From a plasmid, in assembly GCF_054482525.1 (NCBI RefSeq), contig NZ_JBTHVG010000004.1: a stretch of 64,000 nt of DNA; one strand, given 5' to 3'. The notes below the pieces were generated by a model. The model was not told the DNA's origin and ran no database searches. It worked only from the letters and a program-made list of their open reading frames with translations. Within the stretch, counting starts at the first letter, position 1; each line of letters opens with the position of its first letter. A program made the position numbers and the translations under genes. Below are positions 24,464 to 35,442 of the stretch, piece after piece.

Positions 24464-25666
24464 TCAACGTGCGTTTGCCTGATTGATTGTTTTCTCAAGG
24501 CTACCGAGTTGTTTTTCATAATACTGGCGGGCAGTCAGAGCCAGTTGCTGGCCAGAGATAACATTACCCTGGCGGATCTGTTCTTTCAGATCGTTCAGCT
24601 GCCAGTTCATTTGCGCAGTGATTCTTACCAGTTCACGGAGCAGGTTATCCCCCTGCATTTCCTGTAAATCCACCAGGTATGCTGTGTTGGCGTAGCGCCG
24701 GCCAGCCTCAAAAGCTTCAAACTCACGGGTACTCATATATCCCCGTGCTTTTGCTTCTGGTGAAGCCACCTGGTCGAAGTAAGCGGCCGCTGAGTCTGAC
24801 TGCAGTGTTTCAGCCAGTGCTTTACGTGTGCTTTCATTAGGCGTGCTGTCAGCAATCAACGTCAGTTGGGGATTCGACGCAGAATCAATGATGCCGTTGT
24901 ATTCGTTCTGGAGTCCGACGTAGGTTCGCCCACTCTGGGTATTCACTTCTCCTTTACCCAGAGCACGACCGGCAGAGGGGCGGGAAGTGTTTTTCATGTA
25001 AGCCGTCGCTGCATCTATTTGCTTCTGATCCCATGTCAGTGCCGCAGGTGTGTCCGCTGTACCTGCGCCGTGGTAAATCGAGCGTACCTGACTGTCTCCA
25101 CCTGGTATTTCGCCCACAGAAGGACAAACGGCGGTTCCTCCAAAACGTGCATATTCTGCTTCTGTACAGTAACTGGCGTGTATGGCCGCGCCATCATAAG
25201 CTTCCCGCACGGGAGAGTTTGCTGCGCTGGCCAGACGGTCGCGGATGCTACGGTTGCTCACACCGCCACCTTTACTGAGTTTTGAGGCTGCGGATGCTGA
25301 GGCACTTTTGCTTTCTGTTGCAATCCCTGATGCGGATTCACTGCAGATGGAGTCTGGCACGGTGAAGCTTTTCCGTGCCTCCTCGAGGCGCTGAGTTTCA
25401 TTACTGAAAATCATCTGCTGACGTGTCGCCTGTCCGTTCTGGGCAATGACACTTGCCAGCTTTTCAGAGTTCTGATTGATAGCGGTACCCGTGGCTGTCT
25501 GGGTACTCAGTATGTCACTCAGCACACCTTTGATGGCCTCCATTCTGGGGACGACCTGCTGTTCAACGGGACGGCTGGCGACGACGGTGACTGAATAAGC
25601 ATGAGCCTGGTATGCCGTTCCATTCAGGATAGCTATAAGGGCTGCGAGTAATGTTTTTCTTTGCAT
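24464..25666 (-). CDS. traW: TraW (secreted/periplasmic T4BSS component)
   Basis: 400 aa with the signal peptide MQRKTLLAALIAILNGTAYQAHA. Order and length as in R64. Confidence 0.8.
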   Translation of the reverse strand: MQRKTLLAALIAILNGTAYQAHAYSVTVVASRPVEQQVVPRMEAIKGVLSDILSTQTATGTAINQNSEKLASVIAQNGQATRQQMIFSNETQRLEEARKSFTVPDSICSESASGIATESKSASASAASKLSKGGGVSNRSIRDRLASAANSPVREAYDGAAIHASYCTEAEYARFGGTAVCPSVGEIPGGDSQVRSIYHGAGTADTPAALTWDQKQIDAATAYMKNTSRPSAGRALGKGEVNTQSGRTYVGLQNEYNGIIDSASNPQLTLIADSTPNESTRKALAETLQSDSAAAYFDQVASPEAKARGYMSTREFEAFEAGRRYANTAYLVDLQEMQGDNLLRELVRITAQMNWQLNDLKEQIRQGNVISGQQLALTARQYYEKQLGSLEKTINQANAR

Positions 25667-26247
25667 TTTATTGTCTCCTGCTCGGGGTGGAGCACAAGGT
25701 CAGGAAGGCTGTCGTATTTTCTGTCTTCAGGTAGTGGGGCCAGTGGGAAACACTGATATCGCCTGGTGATATAACCTTTCCTGTTCCGGTTATCGATGAT
25801 GCTGAAAGAACGACGTCTGACGCGCCGTAAGGTGGAAGGGTCAGTATCCATTACAGGCCAGTCACCGGCACTCAGTGCCGGCGTTCCGGGAACGGATGGC
25901 CATAACCAGGTATCATCGGACATCAGCGAAGCCAGCGGTGAAGGGAGTATCCACTGGATGACATGCTGAACGTCGAATGGTGCTTCATCCGGGACAGAAA
26001 CCTGCCATATTGCCGTTGTTATCAGCTCATCTGTGCTGGACGGCAACAACAGCCGCATGCCTGTAACCTTTCCCTGTGTTCTGGCATCCGAGGCGTATAT
26101 CACTCTGGGATTGGGGGCCGGATGTAACCTGAAGACACGTGACGGCAGAGTGAATGAGAAACTGTCACCTTTTACCTCAAGTTTTTTAAGAAATACCTGC
26201 CCTCTGGCAGGTCTCCGGCAGCGTGGGGTGATATGAATTGTACACAT
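25633..26247 (-). CDS. traV: TraV
   Basis: 204 aa ORF between traU and traW. The start codon is uncertain. Confidence 0.7.
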   Translation of the reverse strand: MCTIHITPRCRRPARGQVFLKKLEVKGDSFSFTLPSRVFRLHPAPNPRVIYASDARTQGKVTGMRLLLPSSTDELITTAIWQVSVPDEAPFDVQHVIQWILPSPLASLMSDDTWLWPSVPGTPALSAGDWPVMDTDPSTLRRVRRRSFSIIDNRNRKGYITRRYQCFPLAPLPEDRKYDSLPDLVLHPEQETIKCKEKHYSQPL

Positions 26248-29200
26248 CAGAGATTGTATCCCTGTTTTCGGATGAGCTCCGAGGCCAGTTCTTCAATAAC
26301 ATTGTCACTGTTATGTTGGCCCGCCCGGTGCTCAATTAATGACGTTGCAGAACCTCTGGGGAAGTTTTCGGCCAGAATCTTACGTGCCCGAACTGAACCT
26401 AACTTATTTGTCAGTGTTTTACGCAGGGCACTGTCTTTTGGCGATGAGTTCAGCGCCCATAGCTCCAGTGGACCGACGGTAAATTTGAGTATTCTCGCAA
26501 GCGTGCCACTTTTTACCCTGAATACTCCCAGAACAGGAACACCACTACCATCTGGTGCCGGGCCTTCCGGCATTTTCAGGAAGCGTTTCAGCATAAATTC
26601 AGGCACGTTGAAGTTATCCCTCAGTACGGGGATATCTTCGGGTTTGTAGCGCAGTAACCAGAGAGTATTTGCTGACTTAAGAACGCTTTCCGGGTAGTCC
26701 CTCAGATACTGCGTACTCAGAACCGTGCGGATAGCAAACTTGCGTTGCTCACGCTCCTGGGTATCCAGATTTTCCCAGATGAAGTCAATGCCCCGGGCGT
26801 TATGCAGTTCATCATAAACTTTTGTCTTAACCTCCTGATCAAGTTGGTTAATACGTTTAAGAGCGATTTCATGGTATTCCCGTGGAAGCTGCTTTAACAC
26901 TTCATCCCTGTATTGTGGCAGGGTGAAGTCACCACCGGCGATCTGACCTGCAAGCAGGTACATGATGCCGGTTTTAAGCCTGCCTGCAGGCGTTTTGTCA
27001 CCGGCAACATTATTCAGATCGACAGCGATGACCCGGGTTTCCGGGTTGATCATAAACCGGGTATACCCGGATATCATGGGGTAGTCGTTATGTCCCTGCT
27101 CGAGAGCGCGGCGGATGTAGTCCAGCAGAAGTTCGTTTGAACCATCACGCTGAACAGTACCGAAAACATCCCTGAGACTGGTATGGCCCAGCATCGAGGA
27201 CACTTCGGGAAGCTGGGGCATTGCCTGATAATGTGCCCGCTGAGCCGCCATGATATACCCGGCATTGTGGAGCATATCCCGGACTTCGAACCAGGTTGAT
27301 CTGGCCCACCAGGCTGCATCATGTTTTTCATACAGTCCCGAGTCCTGCAGTGCTGAATCCACCAGTTCTTCCGTTGAGGCGCGATAAAGTCGCGGATTAT
27401 TTTCACCGTACTCTTTAAAAGCCAGCTCGATAAGCTGGTTGATAATTTGTCGGGTGTCTCCGGGGTTACAGGGTTGACCGGTACCGGTATCGACACAGAG
27501 AGCACACAGCACAGATGACATGAAATTCTTTTCCGGCGTAATAGGCTTTTTAGCGCCGTACATCACGTCAAAAAGGTTACGGGTGTATTCCGGATCATTG
27601 CTCAGAATAATACCGACAGCTTCGTCTTTTCTTTCCGGAGGAAGACTGTCGCGAATAAGCTGAACCAGTCCCTGAGCACTGTATCCCTTATCGATATAGG
27701 CAATGAAGGGCAGGTTTTTCTGAGCAGATGATATCTGTATTTCCGACAACGTATTAATCAGAACTGATTTACCCAGTCCCGGATCGCCTGGTGCCAGTTC
27801 TGTATGTTTATTTTGTTGGGATGACGCCAGACCAACCTCAAATGCGGAACCGTCTTCTGTATGTAACATCAGATTCCCTTTGCCTCGCCAGACAGAGCCT
27901 GCCCTGTTAAGCGGGAAAAGCGAGATGGCATGTGACAACGGGGGATACAGGGGAACCGGGCCGGAGCCTCCGGATGCCGCGAGAATGGTATTCACCCAGG
28001 CGCGTCGGGGATCGCCAAATGTTGTCGTGGTGCCACATACGCCCCAGCCTTCAATGGCCGATTTCAGAATGGCCTGGTTTCGTGTGCATATTTCACGTGT
28101 TTTTCCCCACGTGGAGGCCATGATGGTCATTATGCAGACAGGTTCTTTTTCATCCGTTGCAGCCAGGGTCATAACGGATTCATACATTGGACGAACGGCA
28201 GAAATGAAGCTGCTGTAAGTCAGAAGCGTTTTCTTCAGATTAAGAGCCTTCATCCCGCCGGGCATCAGATCCATTCTGATGCGCCAGGGGACTGCGCGGG
28301 GGACGGCACGGACCAGTTCGTTAAACGTCTGCAGATTTTGCGGAGGTAAAGTAATCGATACCATTCCGTGCCAGAGTCCGCCCGCCTGAACCAGGTTGCC
28401 CTGTGTGGTCACCTGAGTGTTGAATAACTGCAAATGCAATGAAGGAGCATGTAGTACGGATTCATCGTCAGTCCAGCGATATCCCGCTGGCTGGGCATCT
28501 TCAGGCAGGTGGGGTTGCCAGTTACGCGGTGTGCTGTGCCGTTCTGTCTGACGACGTATTTCACGCCCGACCTCGTGTATATCCAGTAGCCGGAGAATCA
28601 GGCCATCAGATGAATGTCTCAGTGCCTGTTCCACATTATCAAGAAAAGCTTCGTGGCGGATTTTCAGTGCAGATAAGGCCCACTGCCAGGGGGACTGGGC
28701 AAAGCGTGCTTTCGGTACCCGTTCAGCCAGTCTTCTGACAAGCTCATCATGGGCGGTGCGATCGCTGTTGCTGATAAGGTCGGGTCCACTCCAGATCGCC
28801 AGCCAGCAACGCTCCCGGACCAGCCATGGGGACAGTGTTGTGACTTTCTCATCGACCACATCCTGTAACTGGATACCTGTATTAGCCAGTGAGCGCTTTT
28901 GTGGGGCGACCATGTCTTCGATTTCTTCTTTCCCCATGTCAGGATCACGCTCAAAAACGAAGCTGATTTTATGACCGCTGTTTTTATATGCCGTATTCAG
29001 GCTGTCACTCATGCTGGTGATCAGCGATTCCAGTGAACCTGGGCCAGTCTGGTCGGATGCTTCATCCATTTCCCTGAAAGCACCGCTGACTTCAAAGACA
29101 GAGAGATATTCTCCACGCTTTGTGGCTGCAATATAGGGCGAATTCAGCCATGGGCGGCGTTCACGATCCTGTCTGTCCAGACCAATTACAGTACGTAAAT

Positions 29201-29291
29201 CGCAATATTCAACAAAACTGCTTGCGACAGAGAAACGGGATAGCGTGTTCAGACAGTCTTCGATAGTGAAGATTAAACGGTTTATGTTCAT
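26247..29291 (-). CDS. traU: TraU ATPase (DotO/IcmB-like)
   Basis: The Met at 29291 (MNINRLIFTIED) gives 1014 aa, the R64 length as I recall it. It has the Walker A motif GDPGLGKS. The track's start at 29384 is an extension. Confidence 0.85.
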   Translation of the reverse strand: MNINRLIFTIEDCLNTLSRFSVASSFVEYCDLRTVIGLDRQDRERRPWLNSPYIAATKRGEYLSVFEVSGAFREMDEASDQTGPGSLESLITSMSDSLNTAYKNSGHKISFVFERDPDMGKEEIEDMVAPQKRSLANTGIQLQDVVDEKVTTLSPWLVRERCWLAIWSGPDLISNSDRTAHDELVRRLAERVPKARFAQSPWQWALSALKIRHEAFLDNVEQALRHSSDGLILRLLDIHEVGREIRRQTERHSTPRNWQPHLPEDAQPAGYRWTDDESVLHAPSLHLQLFNTQVTTQGNLVQAGGLWHGMVSITLPPQNLQTFNELVRAVPRAVPWRIRMDLMPGGMKALNLKKTLLTYSSFISAVRPMYESVMTLAATDEKEPVCIMTIMASTWGKTREICTRNQAILKSAIEGWGVCGTTTTFGDPRRAWVNTILAASGGSGPVPLYPPLSHAISLFPLNRAGSVWRGKGNLMLHTEDGSAFEVGLASSQQNKHTELAPGDPGLGKSVLINTLSEIQISSAQKNLPFIAYIDKGYSAQGLVQLIRDSLPPERKDEAVGIILSNDPEYTRNLFDVMYGAKKPITPEKNFMSSVLCALCVDTGTGQPCNPGDTRQIINQLIELAFKEYGENNPRLYRASTEELVDSALQDSGLYEKHDAAWWARSTWFEVRDMLHNAGYIMAAQRAHYQAMPQLPEVSSMLGHTSLRDVFGTVQRDGSNELLLDYIRRALEQGHNDYPMISGYTRFMINPETRVIAVDLNNVAGDKTPAGRLKTGIMYLLAGQIAGGDFTLPQYRDEVLKQLPREYHEIALKRINQLDQEVKTKVYDELHNARGIDFIWENLDTQEREQRKFAIRTVLSTQYLRDYPESVLKSANTLWLLRYKPEDIPVLRDNFNVPEFMLKRFLKMPEGPAPDGSGVPVLGVFRVKSGTLARILKFTVGPLELWALNSSPKDSALRKTLTNKLGSVRARKILAENFPRGSATSLIEHRAGQHNSDNVIEELASELIRKQGYNL

Positions 29292-29380
29292 AGGTGAGGG
29301 AACTCCGGACTTACAGGAGGGAGGTTTGTGCAGTTTGATTTTTTTAATGCCACCCCGCGCTGGAGTGGCATGAAGAAAAA

Positions 29381-30181
29381 TCAATCAACGTATTCTTTTT
29401 TGATGAATGAATCTGGTGTCAGAATCAGGGCAATCCCGTTCATTTTTTCACGCAGGGGCGAACGACCGGAAGGTGGATAGCGACGAAAAACGTCAGCGAA
29501 ATCGGCCGGGCGGAAACTGCGGAATTTATCCTCAACCGCCAGTCTGTTTTGCATCAGTGCAGAGAGCGCTTCCCGTCCCCGCCGGACCCGGAACTTATCA
29601 TTACTGAAAACTTCCTGTAATGAACGGCGGTTAAGGGCCACGACTGTGGATGGATGAAGGTCGGGTAGCCACACCATAACGCCCTGTGCTGCGGCATAAC
29701 CATTCAGTGAATGCCAGGCGTGGCAGAAAGCACATAAGCTGTAAGGCGGGCCGTCTTCATGAAACAGTTCCTGCTCTTTCTCTGACAACGGCTCTGTACT
29801 GGTGATTTCAGCTTTCTGTACATGGCGGAGTGAAAGACGTCTGGCAGACAGACGGGCCTGCTCAAGCGCCCGTTCAGCGGCTTTTACTGCCGTGTTGTAC
29901 TTTTCCTTTTCGCCGGTTGCGACTGGTTCACCACGCCTGATTAACTTAACCAGATGTTCTGTGGCCTTATTAAGACGAACTCGTGTGTCACTGATTGTGT
30001 CGGTAAGCTGTCTGAGTGGCCATGAGTCATCCAGTCTGAAACGGTGCCTGACGTTTTGCCGGCAGCAGATACATCGACCGGGCGTTGTTAATTCCGGTTC
30101 CGGTAACAGTGGCTCCTGTGTATGAACCACATCAATTTCTGGAAAGGGATACAACCACAAGTTTTTAATGCTGTGTTGCAT
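29381..30181 (-). CDS. traT: TraT
   Basis: 266 aa. Order and length as in R64. Confidence 0.75.
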   Translation of the reverse strand: MQHSIKNLWLYPFPEIDVVHTQEPLLPEPELTTPGRCICCRQNVRHRFRLDDSWPLRQLTDTISDTRVRLNKATEHLVKLIRRGEPVATGEKEKYNTAVKAAERALEQARLSARRLSLRHVQKAEITSTEPLSEKEQELFHEDGPPYSLCAFCHAWHSLNGYAAAQGVMVWLPDLHPSTVVALNRRSLQEVFSNDKFRVRRGREALSALMQNRLAVEDKFRSFRPADFADVFRRYPPSGRSPLREKMNGIALILTPDSFIKKEYVD

Positions 30182-30353
30182 GAGCAGGCTCCGTACTGGT
30201 GTAACGTTTCACGGCTTCCAGAATGATGTTTGCGATTTCATCGGAACAGCATTCTGCAAAAATGAATTCCTGATCGTCCCGACTGTCGTGGGCAATCACA
30301 TTGCCGTTTTCTGTTCGTCGTAACGTTATGTGCTCCGGGCTCCAGGCAGACAT
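30165..30353 (-). CDS. traS: TraS
   Basis: 62 aa ORF that overlaps the traT start. Confidence 0.6.
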   Translation of the reverse strand: MSAWSPEHITLRRTENGNVIAHDSRDDQEFIFAECCSDEIANIILEAVKRYTSTEPAHATQH

Positions 30354-30416
30354 ATGTGCCTCCTTGTATTGCCGAACAGGAAGGGCACCGGATAAATGCC
30401 AGTGCCCTGGACAAGA

Positions 30417-30821
30417 TTAGCCAATGGAAATTGAGGAAATCCCCAACTGTTTCTGGCTGCGACTCATCATTTCAGGTCCGGCGACAAGTACCGCCCCAAT
30501 GACGATAGATACAATGCAACTAGCCAGTCCCATCCCCCCTTGTTTCCCAACTTTTTTCAGGCCAATCAGGCCCCCGAGAAACAGAATTACGCCGATGAAC
30601 TGCGCAATAGTCAGTGATGATGACTGTGCTGTTTTGGCACCTTGTTCGACATTGCGAACCATATCGGCAAGATCTCCATCGGCAAGAACGGCTTTGGGCA
30701 GCAACATCATGGGAATGAGCAGCAGGAACTTAGTCAGTTTGCTCCGGCATGACATTACAAACAGTTGTGCGTGGATAAATGCGGCGTACAGACGGGCCGC
30801 TACGACACGAATACGTGACAT
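30417..30821 (-). CDS. traR: TraR (membrane protein)
   Basis: 134 aa with hydrophobic segments. Operon position as in R64. Confidence 0.7.
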   Translation of the reverse strand: MSRIRVVAARLYAAFIHAQLFVMSCRSKLTKFLLLIPMMLLPKAVLADGDLADMVRNVEQGAKTAQSSSLTIAQFIGVILFLGGLIGLKKVGKQGGMGLASCIVSIVIGAVLVAGPEMMSRSQKQLGISSISIG

Positions 30822-30871
30822 AGTTTCTCCTTAAATGGATATATCAGTGGTTTATATGAAGGTGAAAAAAA

Positions 30872-31399
30872 TCAGAAGACGATTCCAATGCTTGCCAGCA
30901 GGGCATTGAGGACACGATCGATAAAGACCAGCAGGACGCCGGCAATAAATTTGACGTTTCCCTTACTGACGGATTCACTGGCACTCAGTGCGGTATGTCC
31001 ATCGAGTCCGGCCTTGCGCCAGATGGATATCCCGTTCATTACAAATCCAACACCGGCCAGCTTGGCCAGCGACAGAACTGCATTTGCTGCGCCAGCAGCA
31101 GCGCCAAACGTCTGAGGTTGTACATATGCAATCGGGCCAAATGAGTCAGCCCTGAATCCCATTTGTACGCCTCCGGCGTTAATCATTGCCGGGAGTGATA
31201 CGAGCATGCAGCTGGTTAACATCCCCGCAATAAATTTTCCGGGAGACATTTTTACCGGACCGGCTGAACGGGCGCGGGCAAACAGGGTAATCATGCTGAT
31301 CACCCCGATGAATTCTCCCCAGGTAAACAGGAAATCCATTCCGGCACTGAAAATACTGCTGGCAAAGTTCTCAATGGCGGTCAGGGCATCCATGTTCAT
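30872..31399 (-). CDS. traQ: TraQ (membrane protein)
   Basis: 175 aa polytopic protein. It abuts traP. Confidence 0.75.
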   Translation of the reverse strand: MNMDALTAIENFASSIFSAGMDFLFTWGEFIGVISMITLFARARSAGPVKMSPGKFIAGMLTSCMLVSLPAMINAGGVQMGFRADSFGPIAYVQPQTFGAAAGAANAVLSLAKLAGVGFVMNGISIWRKAGLDGHTALSASESVSKGNVKFIAGVLLVFIDRVLNALLASIGIVF

Positions 31400-32103
31400 C
31401 AGCGTAACGTCCCTGCACTGGTGATGATGGTCCGGGTAGTCGGATCAATCCGCTGGATCACCACATTGCCCAGCGTCTGACCTTCTCTGACAGCCCAGGT
31501 ACTACCCTGCCAGCGAATCCAGGCCATACCAGTTTCCATCGACATGATTTTCATTCCGTTAAGTACAGACGACGTTTTTTTCTTTGCTGGATGCGGTGTG
31601 GAAGAGGATTCAGTGACGCTTTTCTGTGTCATTATTCCGTTCAGGCGGCTCCGGATATCATCCAGCTGACGGCGTGTTTCCTGTGCGTATTCTTCATCCT
31701 TTTTTATAGCTTCGCCCAGCTTGTTAATGCTGTCGTGAAGCATATTCAGTGTTGCCTGAATTTTTTCATCGCGGTTATCCAGCTCTGTTTTTACATCCCG
31801 GGCAAGCTGGCTCATATCTTCTCCTGTCCGGACAGTCATAGTCTCAGTGGACTGAACGGAAGGTGATGATTCTTGTGTGGTTTGCCAGGTCTGTACGCCA
31901 GCATCCGCATCATTAAACGGAGGCATGCCTGTTTCCGATGGCGCTCTCAGGAACAGATACCATATGGCTGCGAGCAACACGATTGCACATAGCCCCCATG
32001 TTGCTACAGATATCCCCCAGACGGAACGTTTCCAGAAGGGGGCGGGTTTCTCTTCGGGTTCACCGAAGCTGCCGGTTTCATCTATTTCTGTTTCAGGTTT
32101 CAT
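31399..32103 (-). CDS. traP: TraP
   Basis: 234 aa with one transmembrane segment. Its start and stop codons overlap the neighbouring genes. Confidence 0.75.
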   Translation of the reverse strand: MKPETEIDETGSFGEPEEKPAPFWKRSVWGISVATWGLCAIVLLAAIWYLFLRAPSETGMPPFNDADAGVQTWQTTQESSPSVQSTETMTVRTGEDMSQLARDVKTELDNRDEKIQATLNMLHDSINKLGEAIKKDEEYAQETRRQLDDIRSRLNGIMTQKSVTESSSTPHPAKKKTSSVLNGMKIMSMETGMAWIRWQGSTWAVREGQTLGNVVIQRIDPTTRTIITSAGTLR

Positions 32104-33392
32104 TATGGTGTCTCCGGTTGTTCATCATACCGACGTTGCATCACAGCTTTTCTTTGCTCCATGGCTGTCTGCATTCGTGCCTGCGAGCGTTGTTCCGCCT
32201 GTGATGTACGATTAACTGAAGGGGAAATGCCACTGGAAAGGGAAGATGACCTGGCGTCGTTTGTCATTACCGGGTCAACAAACAGAATTGATACGACTTC
32301 ATGCTGATACACTTCTACCTGTTTATAGGGCTCACTTTCTGCCTGGCGGGTTAATATCTGACTTCCTCTTTCCGCCATACCACCGGCAATAACGCCCGCA
32401 ACAGCTTCACCACTGGGCATTCCCACGCGTCCGGTAACCGTGCCATAGTTACCCTGAATAACCTGCGTGTTGGCATCTTTATAAAGTGTGCCAATACTGC
32501 CCACACCTCCTAACACTGACGGCAGAATGATATGTTTAAACCAGCGTGTATTCACATTGCTGGCCACGGATGACATCAGGTTGTCTTCCCGTTGAGCATA
32601 TGCATTGACCTTAAGGTCCATGCCGTTCCAGCTCATCCGGTCGAAATGGATCTCCACGCCGTTACCCACCAGTTTGACTCCCGGACTGAACAGCGTTGCC
32701 CCTGCCCAGGGGCCAGCGGGAATGGTTGCGATAACCTTGGATGACGGGTTATCAGAATCCACTGCAGTATCAATATATGCCGGTATACGGGTCAGAGCAG
32801 GTATCAGTTGTATCCCTTTTTCTGCTACAGGCGTGGACAGGCTGGCATTCTGTAATGCGAATTGCTGCGTACCATTCTGCCCTGTTGTTTCTGCCGGAGA
32901 TTTATTCCACATAGTCGTTGCTATGGTTGGTGTACTACCGGCAGGATGCTGATCTTTTATTCTTACAATCAGCTTTTGCAGCCGCTCCATACGTTTTTCA
33001 CTGGCTGCTCGATCCTCCTGTGGTGTGCCGGAAGCCTGGCGATGAGCATAGTTTTCCGGTTTTGCTGCAGGCTGTTGTTGCTTTTCCGGAGTGTCCGGAA
33101 TATCAAGCCCCTGTGGAAGACTGGCAATGAACGTCTGATTATTGCGGGCTGCAGCTGCGGCCCCTCGTTCATTATCCGCTCTTAACAGTTCACGATAGTG
33201 AGGCGTTTCGGTAACGCTGCGCGTTCCGCCGCTTGCTGCACTGTTAATGTTCACGGCTGACTGCATATCGCTGTTACTCCCTGATAGTTTGGAAAACGCG
33301 ATATAGCCGCCGCCAAATAAGATGATGCTGCCCAGTCCAAGCAGGGCAGCCAGTTTCTTTCCGGATTTACCGGCATCCTGTTCAGCACTCAT
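32103..33392 (-). CDS. traO: TraO (DotG/IcmE, VirB10-like)
   Basis: 429 aa with an N-terminal transmembrane segment and a conserved C-terminal beta domain. Confidence 0.8.
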   Translation of the reverse strand: MSAEQDAGKSGKKLAALLGLGSIILFGGGYIAFSKLSGSNSDMQSAVNINSAASGGTRSVTETPHYRELLRADNERGAAAAARNNQTFIASLPQGLDIPDTPEKQQQPAAKPENYAHRQASGTPQEDRAASEKRMERLQKLIVRIKDQHPAGSTPTIATTMWNKSPAETTGQNGTQQFALQNASLSTPVAEKGIQLIPALTRIPAYIDTAVDSDNPSSKVIATIPAGPWAGATLFSPGVKLVGNGVEIHFDRMSWNGMDLKVNAYAQREDNLMSSVASNVNTRWFKHIILPSVLGGVGSIGTLYKDANTQVIQGNYGTVTGRVGMPSGEAVAGVIAGGMAERGSQILTRQAESEPYKQVEVYQHEVVSILFVDPVMTNDARSSSLSSGISPSVNRTSQAEQRSQARMQTAMEQRKAVMQRRYDEQPETP

Positions 33393-33394
33393 GA

Positions 33395-34378
33395 TTACTC
33401 CAGTTCTGGTGTCACGTGAACGGACTGGCCATTCACAGAGAAAGTCAGTAGTGGGGTGACGGGAAGTTTCCAGAGATGAGTTCCGTCGGCAGAGGACAAG
33501 GTCTGTTCAAATTCATCGCGCAACATCGCCCGGGAACGAACCAGAAGGTCATCGCCGTGTTGCCAGATCGTTGTATCCGGGACATTACCTGTGAATTTCA
33601 GCCTCTTAACTGAAGGGTCCCGGGGAGGAATACCATCCAGAAATGCCTGTAATGTTGCATCATGCAGGGCGATCTTATCCGTCGGGATGGAGACAACTGG
33701 GCTGGTTGGTCCCTGCCGTGGTATTCGCAGATCCAGACGACTGTCCATTTCCTGACTGGATGACGGCGTATCTGTTTCGCCACTGGTTACGTTCAGGATG
33801 ACCGGTACCGACAGACCTTTCAGGTAGACAGAAATATTTCCGGATGCCCATGGCCGCAATGGTGTGATTGTCACCATGTTCTCGTTGTACTGCACATCAA
33901 AGAGTTTTGGTGCCGCGTTATAAGGAGGATCGGATTGTGGCCATGGTGAACCGTTGATATCGGTAAATGTCACCACGCTCAGGTTGTTCATGGCTGTGCG
34001 AACAAGAGGAAGGCTGGCACCGGGGGACAGATTAACTGTCAGAGAGCTGATACGGGGTACAACACTGGTGATGGGCGCATTGATGGCCCGCTCGTTATCC
34101 GCCATGAGACTGCGTAGTGAGCGAATCTCATCGGCGGAGAGCTCAGAATCAAGCCTTGCCGCATCCTGTACCAGCGGGCTGGCCTGCCCGGGGGCAGGCA
34201 GCTCACCTTTTACCAGTGTTGCCGGAACACCTCCGGTGTTTTGGGAGGTGTTCTGAACGTGATCGCTGGCAGAATTTGTCGTTTGTGGTGTGCGTGCGTT
34301 CTGCCATCCTGCGTTATCTGCAGACGTGGCGGCGCTGCACACCAGGAGCAGTGTGCTCAGTAAATAACGTGATTGCAT
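33395..34378 (-). CDS. traN: TraN (DotH/IcmK-like)
   Basis: 327 aa with a signal peptide. Confidence 0.8.
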   Translation of the reverse strand: MQSRYLLSTLLLVCSAATSADNAGWQNARTPQTTNSASDHVQNTSQNTGGVPATLVKGELPAPGQASPLVQDAARLDSELSADEIRSLRSLMADNERAINAPITSVVPRISSLTVNLSPGASLPLVRTAMNNLSVVTFTDINGSPWPQSDPPYNAAPKLFDVQYNENMVTITPLRPWASGNISVYLKGLSVPVILNVTSGETDTPSSSQEMDSRLDLRIPRQGPTSPVVSIPTDKIALHDATLQAFLDGIPPRDPSVKRLKFTGNVPDTTIWQHGDDLLVRSRAMLRDEFEQTLSSADGTHLWKLPVTPLLTFSVNGQSVHVTPELE

Positions 34379-34388
34379 ATTACTTATC

Positions 34389-35081
34389 TCAGGAGTTCGG
34401 TCCGGCGTTACGGGAGATCATCTGCCGGATTTCCATACCGGATGGTTTCAGTCTGGGGTCAACACGCTGGATGGTGATTTCGAAAACAAAAGACTGTTCT
34501 GGCTTGCTGGTTGTCTGGCCGACCAGACGCATACGGACAGGATACTGGAATGTCCAGAACCATACGCCGTCGGACATTTGTCCCTGTCGTACCAGAACGC
34601 CAGCACCTGTCGTGGCGGTCAGATTCATCTTCTCTTTCTTGATCGTCTCCAGAATGTTAGATGCCTGTAATGCATTCACATATCCGACAAAACCTTCGTC
34701 AGAAAAACGCGGAGACAGGGAGGAGATCTGTGAACGATAGTGCACAAAATCCAGGTTGAATGCGGTCGCCAGTGCCTGGCTGCCAAAGGCCATTGCATCA
34801 TTCTGACTCCATGCTGGCTGACTTGTTGGTGCCAGCCTGACCAGACGACCATTGTCTGTAGCGAAATATTCGCGCTCCACATTCGTTGAGTGCCAGTACT
34901 GAATGGCGTTACCAGTAATACTGATAAGAAGACATGTGCCCGTACATAAAAGCGCTTTTATCAGCGCAGGGACATTATTTGCCCGCTGTTCTGACTGCTT
35001 CATAGCCCTGATTGTGCTCTTCAGTATTTCCGGGTCAGGTGCCGGATGTGATGGCGAGGATGGCTCGGTATTTTCGGTCAT
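34389..35081 (-). CDS. traM: TraM (DotI/IcmL-like)
   Basis: 230 aa with one transmembrane segment. Confidence 0.8.
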   Translation of the reverse strand: MTENTEPSSPSHPAPDPEILKSTIRAMKQSEQRANNVPALIKALLCTGTCLLISITGNAIQYWHSTNVEREYFATDNGRLVRLAPTSQPAWSQNDAMAFGSQALATAFNLDFVHYRSQISSLSPRFSDEGFVGYVNALQASNILETIKKEKMNLTATTGAGVLVRQGQMSDGVWFWTFQYPVRMRLVGQTTSKPEQSFVFEITIQRVDPRLKPSGMEIRQMISRNAGPNS

Positions 35082-35425
35082 AGGTTGTAGTCCTTCCAGG
35101 GATCAATATTCCCCGGCAGCTTTTCATTCACCTTGTCCACGACCGCGTCGCAGACCTGGTTTTCCAGCTGCGACAGAATGTCGTCAAGGCTGGGGAACTG
35201 GGGGAGGTTTATGCTGATTTTTTTGATTCGTGACAGACAGGACTGCAGGGATGAGGAAACATCGTTTTCACGTTGTGACCATGCATCCGCAGCTGCACGT
35301 GCTCGCTCATATCCTGTATTACTACCGGCCTGTGCCGCGCTACCCGCACGACAGGTTGCAGCACTTGCCGTGGATGAAATCAGGATAAGGCCGAGCACGG
35401 CAACCAGAGACTTATGCATGTTCAT
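35078..35425 (-). CDS. traL: TraL
   Basis: 115 aa with a signal peptide. Its stop overlaps the traM start. Confidence 0.75.
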   Translation of the reverse strand: MNMHKSLVAVLGLILISSTASAATCRAGSAAQAGSNTGYERARAAADAWSQRENDVSSSLQSCLSRIKKISINLPQFPSLDDILSQLENQVCDAVVDKVNEKLPGNIDPWKDYNL

Positions 35426-35442
35426 ATGGCTTCCTTACCGGC